From Octopus sinensis (taxonomy: Eukaryota), in the NCBI RefSeq assembly GCF_006345805.1, contig NC_043002.1, forward strand, positions 90,334,001-90,398,000: a stretch of DNA of 64,000 nt. The letters are read 5' to 3'. The first letter of the stretch is position 1. Each line of letters opens with the position of its first letter. Below are positions 37,651-49,555 of this stretch, one piece after another. A model generated the notes under the pieces. The model saw only the letters and a program-made list of their open reading frames with translations, made no database searches and had not been told where the DNA came from. Made by a program: the position numbers and the translations under genes.

Positions 37651-38615
37651 CATTCCTGACATATGTATGCATTCATATACATATGTACATGTGTGTACAT
37701 GATGGCAGTTCTCTTGTGACTGAGCAAGACCATCACAGTCAGATATAATTGAAAGTTTAATGGTGTGGCAGTTTATTTTTAGAAGGACATTGTAGAGTAG
37801 GTGTGAGGGGCCAGATTTGGTCAGTTTGAACATAAAGCAGGTAGAATATTTTGGTCAGGTATGGCCAGTTTGAAGGCATACAAGGCAGGCCTCAATGCGG
37901 TTAGTTGACGTGCTAGAAATGACAGCCAATGCTTTGAAAAATTTTTTTCCAAAATTCCATCCGTTTTAAATCACTCCTTACCTAACAATATTTGAAAGCC
38001 TTAACCTTCATTCTCCACTCATTCTTATGATTTATTTGGTTTATTTTATTAACCTTTGGGTGCACAGTTATGAAGGATGCATTCTTTGTAAGCCTAGTAC
38101 TTATTCAATCAGCCTCATTTGTCAAACCTCTAAGTTACGGGGATGTAACCACACCAACACCAGTTATCAAGTGGTGATGTGGGGGACAAACAAAGAAACT
38201 TTAATTTCATTAAGCCTTCTTAAGTCTCAATCAGAGGAATATAATGCTGAAAACAATTTTGAAAGTAGTCAAATTTAAAGGTGATCACTGTAGCACTAAA
38301 ATGTAGCTATGCATGTGTGTGTGTATGTGTGTGTATACACATATCTGTACGCAGGTATGTAGATACTCACACATGTAAACAGTAAACATTAAAATCTGAG
38401 CAAAGTAGTGATGGTCTGTATTGAAAGTTAGTGAGTATAAACAATTGAAAAAACAAAATAAAATAAAATAAAATAAAATAAAATCAGAGTGGATGTGTTG
38501 AATAGACTCCTGTCTCTTTTTTTTTTTTTTGTGTGTGTGTTTTCGTTTTATTTTTTATTTTCCAAAACTTTTTTCAGAATCCTTATATTTTCAGCCACAG
38601 AAATTATGACTTTAC

Positions 38616-38724
38616 CTTGGAACAGCTTTTCAAAATTTTAATACCCATTACATAAATTCTTTTGTTTTTCAAATTTTTCAACATTTTGAGAGGAATTCCA
38701 GGTGAAAAACAGAGATAATAATTT
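38616..38724 (-). CDS. Candidate 109-nt internal exon (phase 2-0), NYYLCFSPGIPLKMLKNLKNKRIYVMGIKILKSCSK
   Basis: Minus strand ttctttttgttttttggtttttttttcag|AAAT...CCAAG|gtaaag; a single open frame over 36 codons in very AT-rich DNA. Confidence 0.4.
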
Positions 38725-39744
38725 CTGAAAAAAAAACCAAAAAACAAAAAGAATTTGTTTTTAAAACTTCAATTATTTTAAAATCCTTTATTCCCCTTCT
38801 CAGCTTTCAGAATACCTTCTTCACCATCGTACCATCATTTTACATATTTATAAACTTGAATGCTCATTTCCACATGCATGAATGCTTGGCATTAAAACAG
38901 CAGACAACATGAGGGAGGCCTTAGTGTAGTTGCTTGACATGCTTGAAATAACAGCCAAATGTTTGAGAAGAAGTTTTTTCCAAAATTTCAATTTTAAAAA
39001 CCAACTCTTTCCCCAGTTATCAGAATAACAATGCCCATTGTGTATGCATGGATGTCTGTTGAATAAGTAGAAAATACAAGGCAGGCCTCAATGTGGTTAG
39101 TTGACGTGCTAGAAATGACAGTCAATGCTTTGAAAAATTTTTTTCCAAAATTCCATCCGTTTTAAATCACTCCTTACCTAACAATATTTGAAAGCCTTAA
39201 CCTTCATTCTCCACACATTCTTATGATTTATTTGGTTTATTTTATTTGTTGTTATACAATATGACAATCTAATTTGAGTTACTTGAAATGGAAATATCTC
39301 ATGTCCAATAATATTATGTGGTATAATTCTCTTAGGTCACTTTGGTGATTAATGCAAATTCCTTATATTTCTATTCACATGGGAGTCACTGAGCAAACTA
39401 ATGAAGTCCCTACAGTCATTTGTTGCACATTTTACTGGTTAAATTATAATTAAGAACAGATTCCGAATCGATGTTGAATTTGAATAGTGAAATAAAACAA
39501 AATGACAACAACTTAACTATTGGAACTAGATTTATTAACACCTATAAACTTTATTCAACTCTACATACAACGTCAGTCATTCTGGAAAGACAAGTCCTAC
39601 AAAGTAATTAAAATTGTGTTTGAATTTCCCTAACCATATAACCATTGTCAACCAGTGATTGAATATTACCTATACTGGTGAAACTTGCAGACTACTGATA
39701 TAGTTATATATAAGGTTAAAATGTTCACTTCAGTTTACAATCAT

Positions 39745-40170
39745 AGATGCAGGGGTGGTTCAGTGGTAAGAAGTTTTCTTCCCAACCACATGGTTCCTTG
39801 TTCAGCCCCACTGTGTGATATTTTGGACAAGTATCTTCTACTATGGCTTTGGGCCAGCCAAAGCCTTGTGAATGGATCTGGTCAACAGAAACTGAAAGAA
39901 GCCCATTGTATATATATATATGTATGTATGTATAAGTGTGTGTTTTTGTGTCTGTGTTTGTCACCCACCACCACTTGACAACCGGTTCTGGTGTGTTTAT
40001 GCCCCTGTAACTTAGTAGTTCAGCAAAATTGACTGATAGAATAGGTGCCAGGCTTAAAAAAAAAGAAAAGATTTCTGACGTCAGTTGATTTCACTAAGAA
40101 GTTCTTCAAAGTGGTGCCCCAGCATGGCCACAGTCTAATGACTGAAACAAGTAAAAAATGAAAGGTAAAA
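39745..40170 (+). mobile_element. SINE family A copy
   Basis: GGTTCAGTGGTAAGAAG head through ATGACTGAAACAAGTAAAA tail. Confidence 0.85.
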
Positions 40171-42049
40171 GATGTGGTTCTGAGTTCAGTCCCACTGAGT
40201 GACACTTTTTGGGGCTTTCTACCATACTTTCGAATTGAACAAAACTTTGTGAATGAATATGGGTTGGCAGAATCTATTTTGGATGGACTGAATCTGTTCT
40301 TGGAAGCAGGTGATGGTTGTTGTCAAGAAGGGTATCTGGCCATAGGAAAAGCCACTTCAATAAGTTCCATCTAACCTGGGATCCATACCACCCCTGAGCA
40401 TCCAGATTAAATTTTGAAGGGTTCATGCAAGCAAAATGATAAATTGGAGAGCCACAGTAGTGTTTTAAGGGTCCATGAAAAAATTTTGCTTTAGATTGCA
40501 TGAAATAGCTCAGTTTCTTTCTCTAATGTTTGGCATAGTTCAAACTACACAAGTGAATGTTTGAAAAGCAAAATAGGAATTTTGAAAGAAGAATCAAATG
40601 ACTATGGGGATCAACAAGAATAAAATAGCAATCAAAGGGGTCCATAGATAAAAAAGAAATGGTTGAGAACCATTGAGGGCACTAAAACAACAATGATGAT
40701 GATGAGATCAATGGTTGTGTTAGGTTTTCTGTGATTTCAATTTTTAAATTACCACAGGTTGTTATACACAAGACTAGTGCTGTTATAAATGGGTGTTACT
40801 TAATGTTTCCTATTTGCTTGATCCCTGAATTGATTTATTTTATGAAACTAGTACTTAGAAACTGTTAATATCTTTTACAATTGTTGTTCAAAATTTAATT
40901 TTGCATTATTTTCTTATGATTTCTACACAAAAACATGTTTCTTTAATTATTTGTTGAAAAGCAGTGCATAAAACTTCTAAAGGTATTTCTAAACACACTT
41001 CTAGACTGCCTTTGTCAAAGATGGGCCTTTTGTAGAGCCTCCAATATTGGTCTGGAGAAATGTATTTTTGGATCAGCAACTAGAACCCATCATACATATA
41101 TCATATGTTGCATATGTGTGTGTATATGTGTGTGTATGTGTTACTGTTTCTTTGCCATTTTTTTACCCCTAAAGAACCATTCTGTCCTTGAGAAAGGTGA
41201 CTATCTCTGAAATCACATAAACAAATCCACCTGAAATTAGAAGAAGTGGTTGCAAGGAATGGCTTTTAATAAACAGACTTTTCAATATCCCTCTGTAAAT
41301 ATTCGCTTTGTTGAATAAATTAATGGCTCTTATTCAACACACACTCTACAGCACTTAGTTCTGATAATTCCCAGTCTCTCTTGACCTTGAAGCTTTATGA
41401 AATCAATTAACTTTCTCTGATCAATCCAAAACACACCTACTTTCTTGTATGAATGCCTACTATGATACAAAGGAACTTTAAAGAATTCTTCACTGAACAT
41501 CTATTCACCAAAATCAAAAGAGAGATAGAGGTGGAATTGAAATATGGCAATGAGAATGAAGAGACGGCTGAATACAGTGTACTTTGCCGTCACATTTAGC
41601 TTAAATGGAGTAAATGAAACATGAGTTTCTTCCATTATTCAGTATCCACTTGTATTAACTACTCTTGTATAGTCAATTAGTACTGAAAAATCTTGGTTTT
41701 TCTTTAGAACTCTTCAACAAAATGTTGGTATTCTTAGCTGACTACATGTTAGATGAATAATCTGTCTAAGAAACTATTTTCAGTTGTGCCAGTTTATTAA
41801 TTATTTATATACTGTTGTACAAATATTGTGGCTAATGAAGTTGATGTAGAGTATCACCTGTGTGAGCTTTATAAATTAGAGGTGTAGCATGTTGTAGTTG
41901 AGCAAATCATGCCCAGGTGTTATTTTATAGATTCCTGGTAGATGAAAATAAAAATTGATTTTGAAGAGATTTGAAATTAGAATGTAAATCAGTGGTTTTC
42001 CACTAGGGTCCATATGACCCCTGAGCGTCCATATGACTTTCATAATATA

Positions 42050-42462
42050 GGAGTGGCTGTGTGGTAAGTAGCGTGCTTACCAACCACATGATTCCAGGTT
42101 CAGTCCCACTGCGTGGCACCTTGGGCAAGTGTCTTCTACTATAGCCTCGGGCCGACCAAAGCCTTGTGAGTGGATTTGGTAGACAGAAACTGAAAGAAGC
42201 CCGTCGTATATATGTATATATATATATATATATATATGTTTGCGTGTGTGTTTGTGTGTCTGTGTTTGTCCCCCTAGCATTGCTTGACAACCGATGCTGG
42301 TGTGTTTATGTCCCCATCACTTAGCGGTTCGGCAAAAGAGACCGATTGAATAAGTACTGGGCTTACAAAGAATAAGTCCCGGGGTCGAGTTGCTCGACTA
42401 AAGGCGGTGCTCCAGCATGGCCGCAGTCAACTGACTGAAACAAGTAAAAGAGTAAAAGAGTA
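42050..42462 (+). mobile_element. SINE family A, young full-length copy
   Basis: Near-consensus head, core, microsatellite and GTAAAAGA tail. Confidence 0.93.
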
Positions 42463-43104
42463 TGTGTTGTCAATATATGTCTAATATGCTATATGTATTT
42501 GTACATGCACTTATTCCACTCTTCATTATTTTAGTTCATATATTTCATTATATTACATCATTACCTTTTATTTTCAACTTACTGAGAGGTATCACATACT
42601 CAACTTTAACCTATTCACTTATTACACTGCGTGCATGTTTTTCTCTTCCTTTAAGCAGAACAAAAAAAAAAAAAAAGAAAAGAAAAATTTGAAATTACAG
42701 ATTGAAAACTTCAGAAGGCCAAGTTGGTGCCTCCTTATGTCTATAGAAAAAATATTTTTTCTTCAGGAACTTTTGCAGTGAATATGACTAATAATGCTTA
42801 TTATGTACATTTGTATCCTTTGCATGGAATGTGTCAGATTTGTTATGAATATGCAGCTTTAGCGTAAACTAAATCTTCTGTCCCTGGAAAACCTTTTGAA
42901 TATGTCTGTAACCTGTTTGTAAGATCATGTATCCATGAACTTACAATAACAAAATACCAAAATATATATAAATATTATGTATATATTTTGGTATTTTTGC
43001 ATGTATATACATGTGCAACATTTGTGAAATTAGGTAGAGCATTTATTGTAGAAAAATAGCATAATGTAGATAATGAGTGAATCATTAACTACAACATTTT
43101 ATAT

Positions 43105-43323
43105 ACTCTCTTTTACTCTCTTTTACTTGTTTCAGCCATTTGACTGCGGCCATGCTGGAGCACCGCCTTTAGTCGAGCAAATCGACCCCAGGACTTATTC
43201 ATTGTAAGCCCAGTACTTATTCTATCGGTCTCTTTTGCCGAACCACTAAGTGACGGGGACGTAAACACACTAGCATCAGTTGTCAAGCGATGTTGGGGGG
43301 ACAAACACAGACACACAAACACA

Positions 43324-43412
<89 letters not shown>

Positions 43413-43575
43413 TACGACGGGCTTCTTTCAGCTTCCGTCTACCAAATCCACTCACAAGGTATTGGTCGGCCCGGTGCTATAGTAGAAGACAGTTGCCCAA
43501 GGTGCCACGCAGTGGGACTGAACCCAGAACCATGGGGTTGGTAAGCAAGCTACTTACCACACAGCCACTCCTGCG
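43105..43575 (-). mobile_element. SINE family A, young full-length copy
   Basis: Near-consensus; inverted relative to 42050-42462. Confidence 0.93.
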
Positions 43576-43821
43576 AATATATATATATATATTCGTTTCA
43601 AATTTTGTTTGAAAGCCAGCGATTTTGGGGGAGGGTATAGGTCAATGACATAGCCCCCAGTGCTCAACTAGTACTTATTTTATCAACCCTAAAAGGATGA
43701 AAGGCAAAGGTGACTGCAATGGAATTTAAACTCTGAATGTAAAAACAAGATGAAATGCTGCTAAGCATTTCGTCCGGTGTGTGAATGATTCCACCAGCTT
43801 GCCACCTTGACAATTATACAT

Positions 43822-44135
43822 ATTAAAAGTAATCAAACCTGTATAATATTTGGGGAATGACGAATATAATTTGATTAATTTCTCTTGCACTTTCCTGTCT
43901 TGGAAAGAACTTTTTCTTCACCCATTCCCTTCCGGTCATTTCAAAATGTAACCACATATGTATTGTTGGTAATTTTCTTCCTCCGTCTTCCCTTCTTTTG
44001 GACTTTCCTCTATTTCTGAAGAAGAGCTTTGCTCGAAATGTAAAATCCTCTTTCTTTCCTTTCTTGAGCATGTGATAATACAATACTTGAACCACGTCCT
44101 TGTGTTGTTGTTTTTCTTGTTCTTCTTTGTTTGGA
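43822..44135 (+). mobile_element. Penelope-like repeat carrying a hammerhead motif
   Basis: Homologous to 6352-6520; CTGAAGAAGAGCTTTGCTCGAAATGTA; ends in (TA)n. Confidence 0.6.
44012..44046 (+). ncRNA. Minimal type-I hammerhead ribozyme motif
   Basis: ATTT-CTGAAGA-A-GAGC-TTT-GCTC-GAAAT-GTA-AAAT; stem I ATTT/AAAT. Confidence 0.68.
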
Positions 44136-44152
44136 ATCACTACATATATATA

Positions 44153-44191
<39 letters not shown>

Positions 44192-44272
44192 TGTGAACTG
44201 AACCGGTGTGTGACCAGCATCTTTCCTCATGTCTCCTGGAACTTATATCTGCATCTTTATGGATGGATTTAC

Positions 44273-44323
44273 CTTCCCTGAGAAGTTAATAATCATTTTA
44301 AAAACCTTTTTAAAAACTGTGCA
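44273..44323 (-). CDS. Candidate 51-nt exon (phase 0-0), CTVFKKVFKMIINFSGK
   Basis: ttatgttttccaacag|TGC...GGAAG|gtaaat; phase-compatible with 49099-49189. Confidence 0.22.
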
Positions 44324-44579
44324 CTGTTGGAAAACATAAAGTCTGCTTATAATCTTACTTCAAATACATAGAACTCACTCCTAATACTTCATAAGGATAT
44401 TTACACTCTCTAGGATGTTTGGAAAACATATATGTGATTTAGCTGATGAATACTTGACATTATATTTGCTGTAATATTTGCAGCTTTAAATAAAATGTTC
44501 TTAGTATAAAACAATTGTACTAAACTACTGATCCATTCTTGTTGCTTTTTTCTGGTTATATGTATATATATACACATAC

Positions 44580-44627
<48 letters not shown>

Positions 44628-44822
44628 TCTAGGCTGTCTTAACAAATATTATAATCCCCTAGGTGAATTAATGTACTGGGCCCTATATATATATATTATA
44701 TATATATATATATATATAAATTAACAATTGAGGATAAAATCTTTAAAAGAAATTATCAGTAGTCAGCGTGAAAAACCTCGTAAGAGAAAAAATCCGTAAA
44801 TTCTTCCTCTTTGAAAATATTC

Positions 44823-45061
44823 ATTTATATTATATTGAGGGTACTACTATTCATAGATACCAACACGCTAAGAGGGACCAATGCGGTCAAATACTAAAAT
44901 AAACAAAATTTTACCGAATGCAAAAACTTCAAAACACATCAATGATGTGTTTTGAAGTTTTTGCATTCGGTAAAATTTGTTTATTTTTAGTAGTTTTGAC
45001 CGCATTGGTCCCTCTTAGCGTGTTGGTATCTATGAATAGTAGTACCCTCAATATAATATAA

Positions 45062-45063
<2 letters not shown>
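44823..45063. repeat. 241-bp near-perfect palindrome (MITE-like foldback); solo diverged arm at about 46516-46623
   Basis: Arms of about 120 bp differing by a few small indels; centre CATCA-A-TGATG. Confidence 0.9.
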
Positions 45064-45100
<37 letters not shown>

Positions 45101-45565
45101 TGACAGTAAGCCATACCATAGCTAGGCCATAGTTGAGCCCTAGACCTGCGAGGCCCCTGAGCAAACTTTAGAGTGTGCTCATGCCTTAAGATGGAACTGT
45201 ATAAATCTTTCCAGTTTCTCTTAGACATTTCTCTAATATCTAAAGAAAGACAATGTTAGAAATATAATACACTTTACTTGTTCCAGTATTCCTTGGGTGT
45301 CAAACTAATAACCTTGTAATGCTTTGTTGTACTTTTGTTCTTTTTCTTCTAAGTTTTTTTTTATCTATATTTGCTTTTTGCAATATATATGTGTACATGT
45401 GTGTTTGTTTGTGTGCATGTGTGTGTTTCTCTGTCTGTCCATCCATCTCTCTTTCCTTCTTTCTATGTATATATAGAGTACTGTTACTGAATGTCTCTTG
45501 TTCAGAGATTTAGAAATAATAATTTTCTATTTATATTATATATACATACACACACACACACACAC

Positions 45566-45810
45566 ATCATCATCATCATCATCATCGTTTAACGTCCGTT
45601 TTCCGCGCTAGCATGGGTTGGACGGTTTCGACCGGGGTCTGGGGAGCTAGGGACGGCCCCAGGCTCCAGTCTGGTCTGGCAGTGTTTCTACAGCTGGATG
45701 CCCTTCCTAACGCCAACCACTCCGCGAGTGTAGTGGGTGCTTTTTACGTGCCACCTGCACAGGTGCCAGAGGGGTCTGGCATCGGCCACGTTCGGATGGT
45801 GCTTTTTATG
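45566..45810 (-). mobile_element. Family C RTE-tailed repeat, young copy
   Basis: (CAT)n CGTTTAACGTCCG..., CpG-rich, one internal unit. Confidence 0.85.
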
Positions 45811-46649
45811 TGGGGGGGAGGTGCAGGAATATAGGGGAGCACCAGTGGGGAGGGGTAGTTCAGAGAAATGATGACAGGTTGTAGGATATCAAGAGGTAGG
45901 ATATCAAGAGAGGGGTAATGCATGGTAAAATAGCGTATTGAAGAGGGGGGTTCGAAGAGAAGACACCTATAATTGTGGTGGGAGAAGCGACATCCGGTAT
46001 AGATGGAGAAAAATAGAGATATCCGGTATTGGTGGTGGGGGTGGGCAGGGCGGATGCACCGCGATACACGAAGGTCGATCATATAACGAGAGGAGAAATG
46101 AACAAATCAGACAAAATAGATAGAAATCAGATAAAATAGTTAGATAGATAGAGAAACATGTATGATCAGTCTAGGAGTGAAAATAGGCATTCAAACTTAT
46201 CTGTGCACGGGATTATATAGCTGGTAGATGAGGTAGATGAATGAGAGAGAGAGAGAGAGCACATGTTGTGGGTTGCCTTATATATATATATAATATAAAT
46301 AATATATATATATGCATATATACATACGTATATGTACATACTTACATCTACATGTATATATATATGTATACGGTTGGCTGTCGGGTATGCTATATTGTGT
46401 TTTTTCCTTACATGTCTTGAGTTTATTGCACTGAAGAGCATAGAATGCATATTCTGCATTGATTGCGAAATCACAGGTGATATGTAACTAAATTCTGTTT
46501 TTAAATGACTTGCTTTGAAGTTTTGCATTCGGTACAATTTGTTTATTTAAGTAGTTTTGACTGCAAGAGTCACTCCTAGCGTGTGGTACCTATGAATAAT
46601 TGTACCCTCTATATAATATAAATATATATATATATATATATATGTATAT

Positions 46650-46980
46650 GTGGGCACAGGACGTCATGAAATGTGTAAAACCAAAAAAGTATGAAGCACG
46701 AGTACATGGAATATGAACTATTGTTTCGAACAATGAAAGACACAAATGGGAAACAAAACAAACAACATAAAAAAACGACCCTTCATCAGCTGTTGGCTGT
46801 TTTTCTAGTCTCGAATTTCAAGCATTTAACAGCAATATATGCTTCAATAAAACAGTTTCTCCTGCAAAGCAAATTAAATAAAATTTGGGATTTTTACAGA
46901 GGGTCGAAATAGGTAACAAAAACAGGACAGTGAAAACAAACAGGGAGGGCTGCTAAGCTTAAACGAGGTTATGGTGGTGA
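46650..46980 (-). mobile_element. Penelope-like repeat with a degenerate hammerhead core
   Basis: Minus strand CTGATGAAGGG...TTCGAAAC; inserted in (TA)n. Confidence 0.45.
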
Positions 46981-47142
46981 ATGCATAAATCAAGCTTAGA
47001 CAGGAGACAAACAAGAACACGGTCTACCTTGTTCCAGCCACAACAGAGAGAAAGAAATTTGGCTGTTGGTCAGAGAGAAAGAAATTTGACTGTTGGACCA
47101 ACACACACACACATACACACATATATATATATATATATATAT

Positions 47143-48330
47143 AGGCAGTGGCTGTGTGGTAAGTAGCTTGCTTACCAACTACATGGTTCCGGGTTTAGTC
47201 CTACCGTGTAGCACCTTGGGCAAGTGTCTTCCCCTACAGCTTCAGGCGAACCAAAACCGTATGAGTGGATTTGGTAGAGAGAAACTGATAGAATAAATAC
47301 TAGGCTTACAAAGAATAAGTCCTGAGGTTGACTTGTTTGACTAAAGAGGTGATTCTCCAGCATGGCGGCAGTAAAAATGACTGAAACAAATAAAAGAATA
47401 AAAGAACATATATAGGTAAAAACAAGGTGAAGATCATTAATTTAAAGTACATTTAAGAATAACAACAGAACATTTACTGATATTGTGACTATTCACAGAG
47501 TAGAGTCAAATTTGTGAAAATTAGTTCTACTGACGCTTCACCACACACACACACACACACACAAATGCATATATTTACATATGTGTGTGTGTTTTAGACA
47601 GTGAGATGTGATTTGGGGTGGGGGATTTGACTACAGTTTCTTGCAACCTAATGGAGTTTTCTCTTGCTGGTTCATACTTACATACGTATATTGAATAGTC
47701 ACCAAAAAAATATTGCTATCGAATAAATTGCAATTTTTTTGTCTTTTTCCTTTTTTGTTGCAATCGTTGGCATCAGTTCTGATTTAAAAGGTCTTATTTG
47801 GTTATGCCAATGTCTGTGTTTAATATAAGAAGCATAGATGATATATCTGTTCTGTTTTTATTTGACAGTTGGGTATGTGAAGATATGTCTGTCTCCAAGC
47901 TAGAAAACAATTTCATTCTCAACTAGGAGCAGACATGGCTATGTGGTCTGGACCTTGCTTCCCAACCACATGGTTCAAGGTTTAGTCCTGCTGCATGGCA
48001 TCTTGGGCAAGTGTCTTCTACTATAGCCTTGGGCTGACCAAAGCCTTGTGAATGGATTTGATAGATGGAAACTGAAAGAAGCCCATTGTGTGTACACACA
48101 CACACACATACATGTTTGTGCCTTTGTGTCTGTTCTCCCACCACCACTTGACAACTGATGTCAGTGTGTTTACGTCCTTGTAACTTAGCAGTTCAGCAGA
48201 AGAGAACGATAGAATAAGTCCCAGGCTTAACAAAAGAATGTCCTGGCATCAATTAACTCGACTAAAATTTCTTCAAGGTGGTGTCCCAGGATGTCTGCTG
48301 TCTAATGAGTGAAACATTTAAAAGATACAT
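47143..48330 (+). mobile_element. Two family A SINE copies (47143-47405, internally deleted; 47925-48330)
   Basis: GGCTGTGTGGTAAG / GGCTATGTGGTC heads and ATGA(C/G)TGAAAC tails. Confidence 0.8.
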
Positions 48331-48647
48331 AGAGAGACTATATTGAGTTGCTTACGATGATTGCCTCCTTGAAAATTTTTTTTACCTCTACTCACTTTCT
48401 AGTAGAGGTAATTAGGAAAAAGAAATTGCTAATGGTTCAGTAAAAGCAGAAATGAAAGCAGTATGATACTAGGGTACACCCATAGCTAGAGTAATTAAAA
48501 TCTTTCCAAATGACAATAAAAGGATCAAAAAAAGAAAAGCAAAGGAATACTATAACTACACCATGCAATCAAACTGTTGTAACAACTGGATCAATTATAT
48601 GGTTGGGTTGCACTCATGTAGGGGCTATTTGACCGTTTCAAAATAAA

Positions 48648-48812
48648 AGTGGCTGTGTGGTAAGTAGCTTGCTAACCAACCACATGGTTGCAGGTTCAGT
48701 CCCACTGCGTGGCATCTTGGGCAAGTGTCTTCTGCTATAGACCCGGGCCGACCAATGCCTTGTGAGTGGATTTGGTAGACAGAAACTGAAAGAAGCCTGT
48801 CGTATATATATG

Positions 48813-48843
<31 letters not shown>

Positions 48844-49058
48844 TTGTGTGTCTGTGTTTGTCCCCCTAGCATTGCTTGACAACCGATGCTGGTGTGTTTA
48901 TGTCCCCGTCACTTAGCGGTTCGGCAAAAGAGACCGATAGAATAAGTACTGGGCTTACAAAGAATAAGTCCTGGGGTCGTGTTGCTCGATTAAAAGCGGT
49001 GCTCCAGCATGGCCGCAGTCAAATGACTGAAACAAGTAAAAGAGAAAAGAGAAAGAGA
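48648..49058 (+). mobile_element. SINE family A, young full-length copy
   Basis: Near-consensus. Confidence 0.92.
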
Positions 49059-49098
49059 ATAAGCTTCAGATTGAATTATTTTTTTCTACAAAATTTAC

Positions 49099-49189
49099 TG
49101 CAGAATCAAATAGATTTAAGTCATCTTCGGATTCTGTTAACGAAATTCCACGGAAAAGGAGTTCTCTATTCACCAGTAGTCTTTTGAAC
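49099..49189 (-). CDS. Candidate 91-nt exon (phase 2-0), FKRLLVNRELLFRGISLTESEDDLNLFDSA
   Basis: ggaacaattctag|GTTC...CTGCA|gtaaat; open frame with coding-like composition; plus-strand frames are also open, so strand is uncertain. Confidence 0.35.
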
Positions 49190-49525
49190 CTAGAATTGTT
49201 CCAGTAATGAAAAAAATCTCATTAAAATAATTGAAAATATTCTCCTAAATAAAAATAGTAGCATAAAAGAAAAATGCTGCAAAAAATACCATATCATTTA
49301 TAAGGAAAAGCTAAACCATGTTTTGAGTCAGGAATTGGTACAAATATATTTGTTAAGACACAAATAAACTATCAATGTCACCATTATATTTTCACAAGTC
49401 CCTTATTAAAAGCTTTGTAATGAAGTATTCATCCAAGTAATGCTGTAGCTATGTACTCCTGAAAGCCTTCTTCCTCTACATGATTGAGTTCTCACATGAA
49501 ACTCTTCCCTGTTAAATAGTATGGA

Positions 49526-49555
49526 TCACGTGACCATTGGGCTAAGTCACATGAC
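49526..49555. promoter_or_regulatory. Paired E-boxes flanking a CCAAT box
   Basis: TCACGTGAC - ATTGG - GTCACATGAC in non-repetitive DNA. Confidence 0.3.

Noticed and set aside
42583-42648. Minus-strand exon with a very strong acceptor and a GTAAGT donor
   Set aside because: Stops in all three frames; at best non-coding. It shows that strong splice-like motifs occur by chance here.
47845-47880. TTTTATTTGACAG|TTGG|GTATGT 4-nt microexon
   Set aside because: No supporting context, and the motif frequency is compatible with chance in T-rich DNA.
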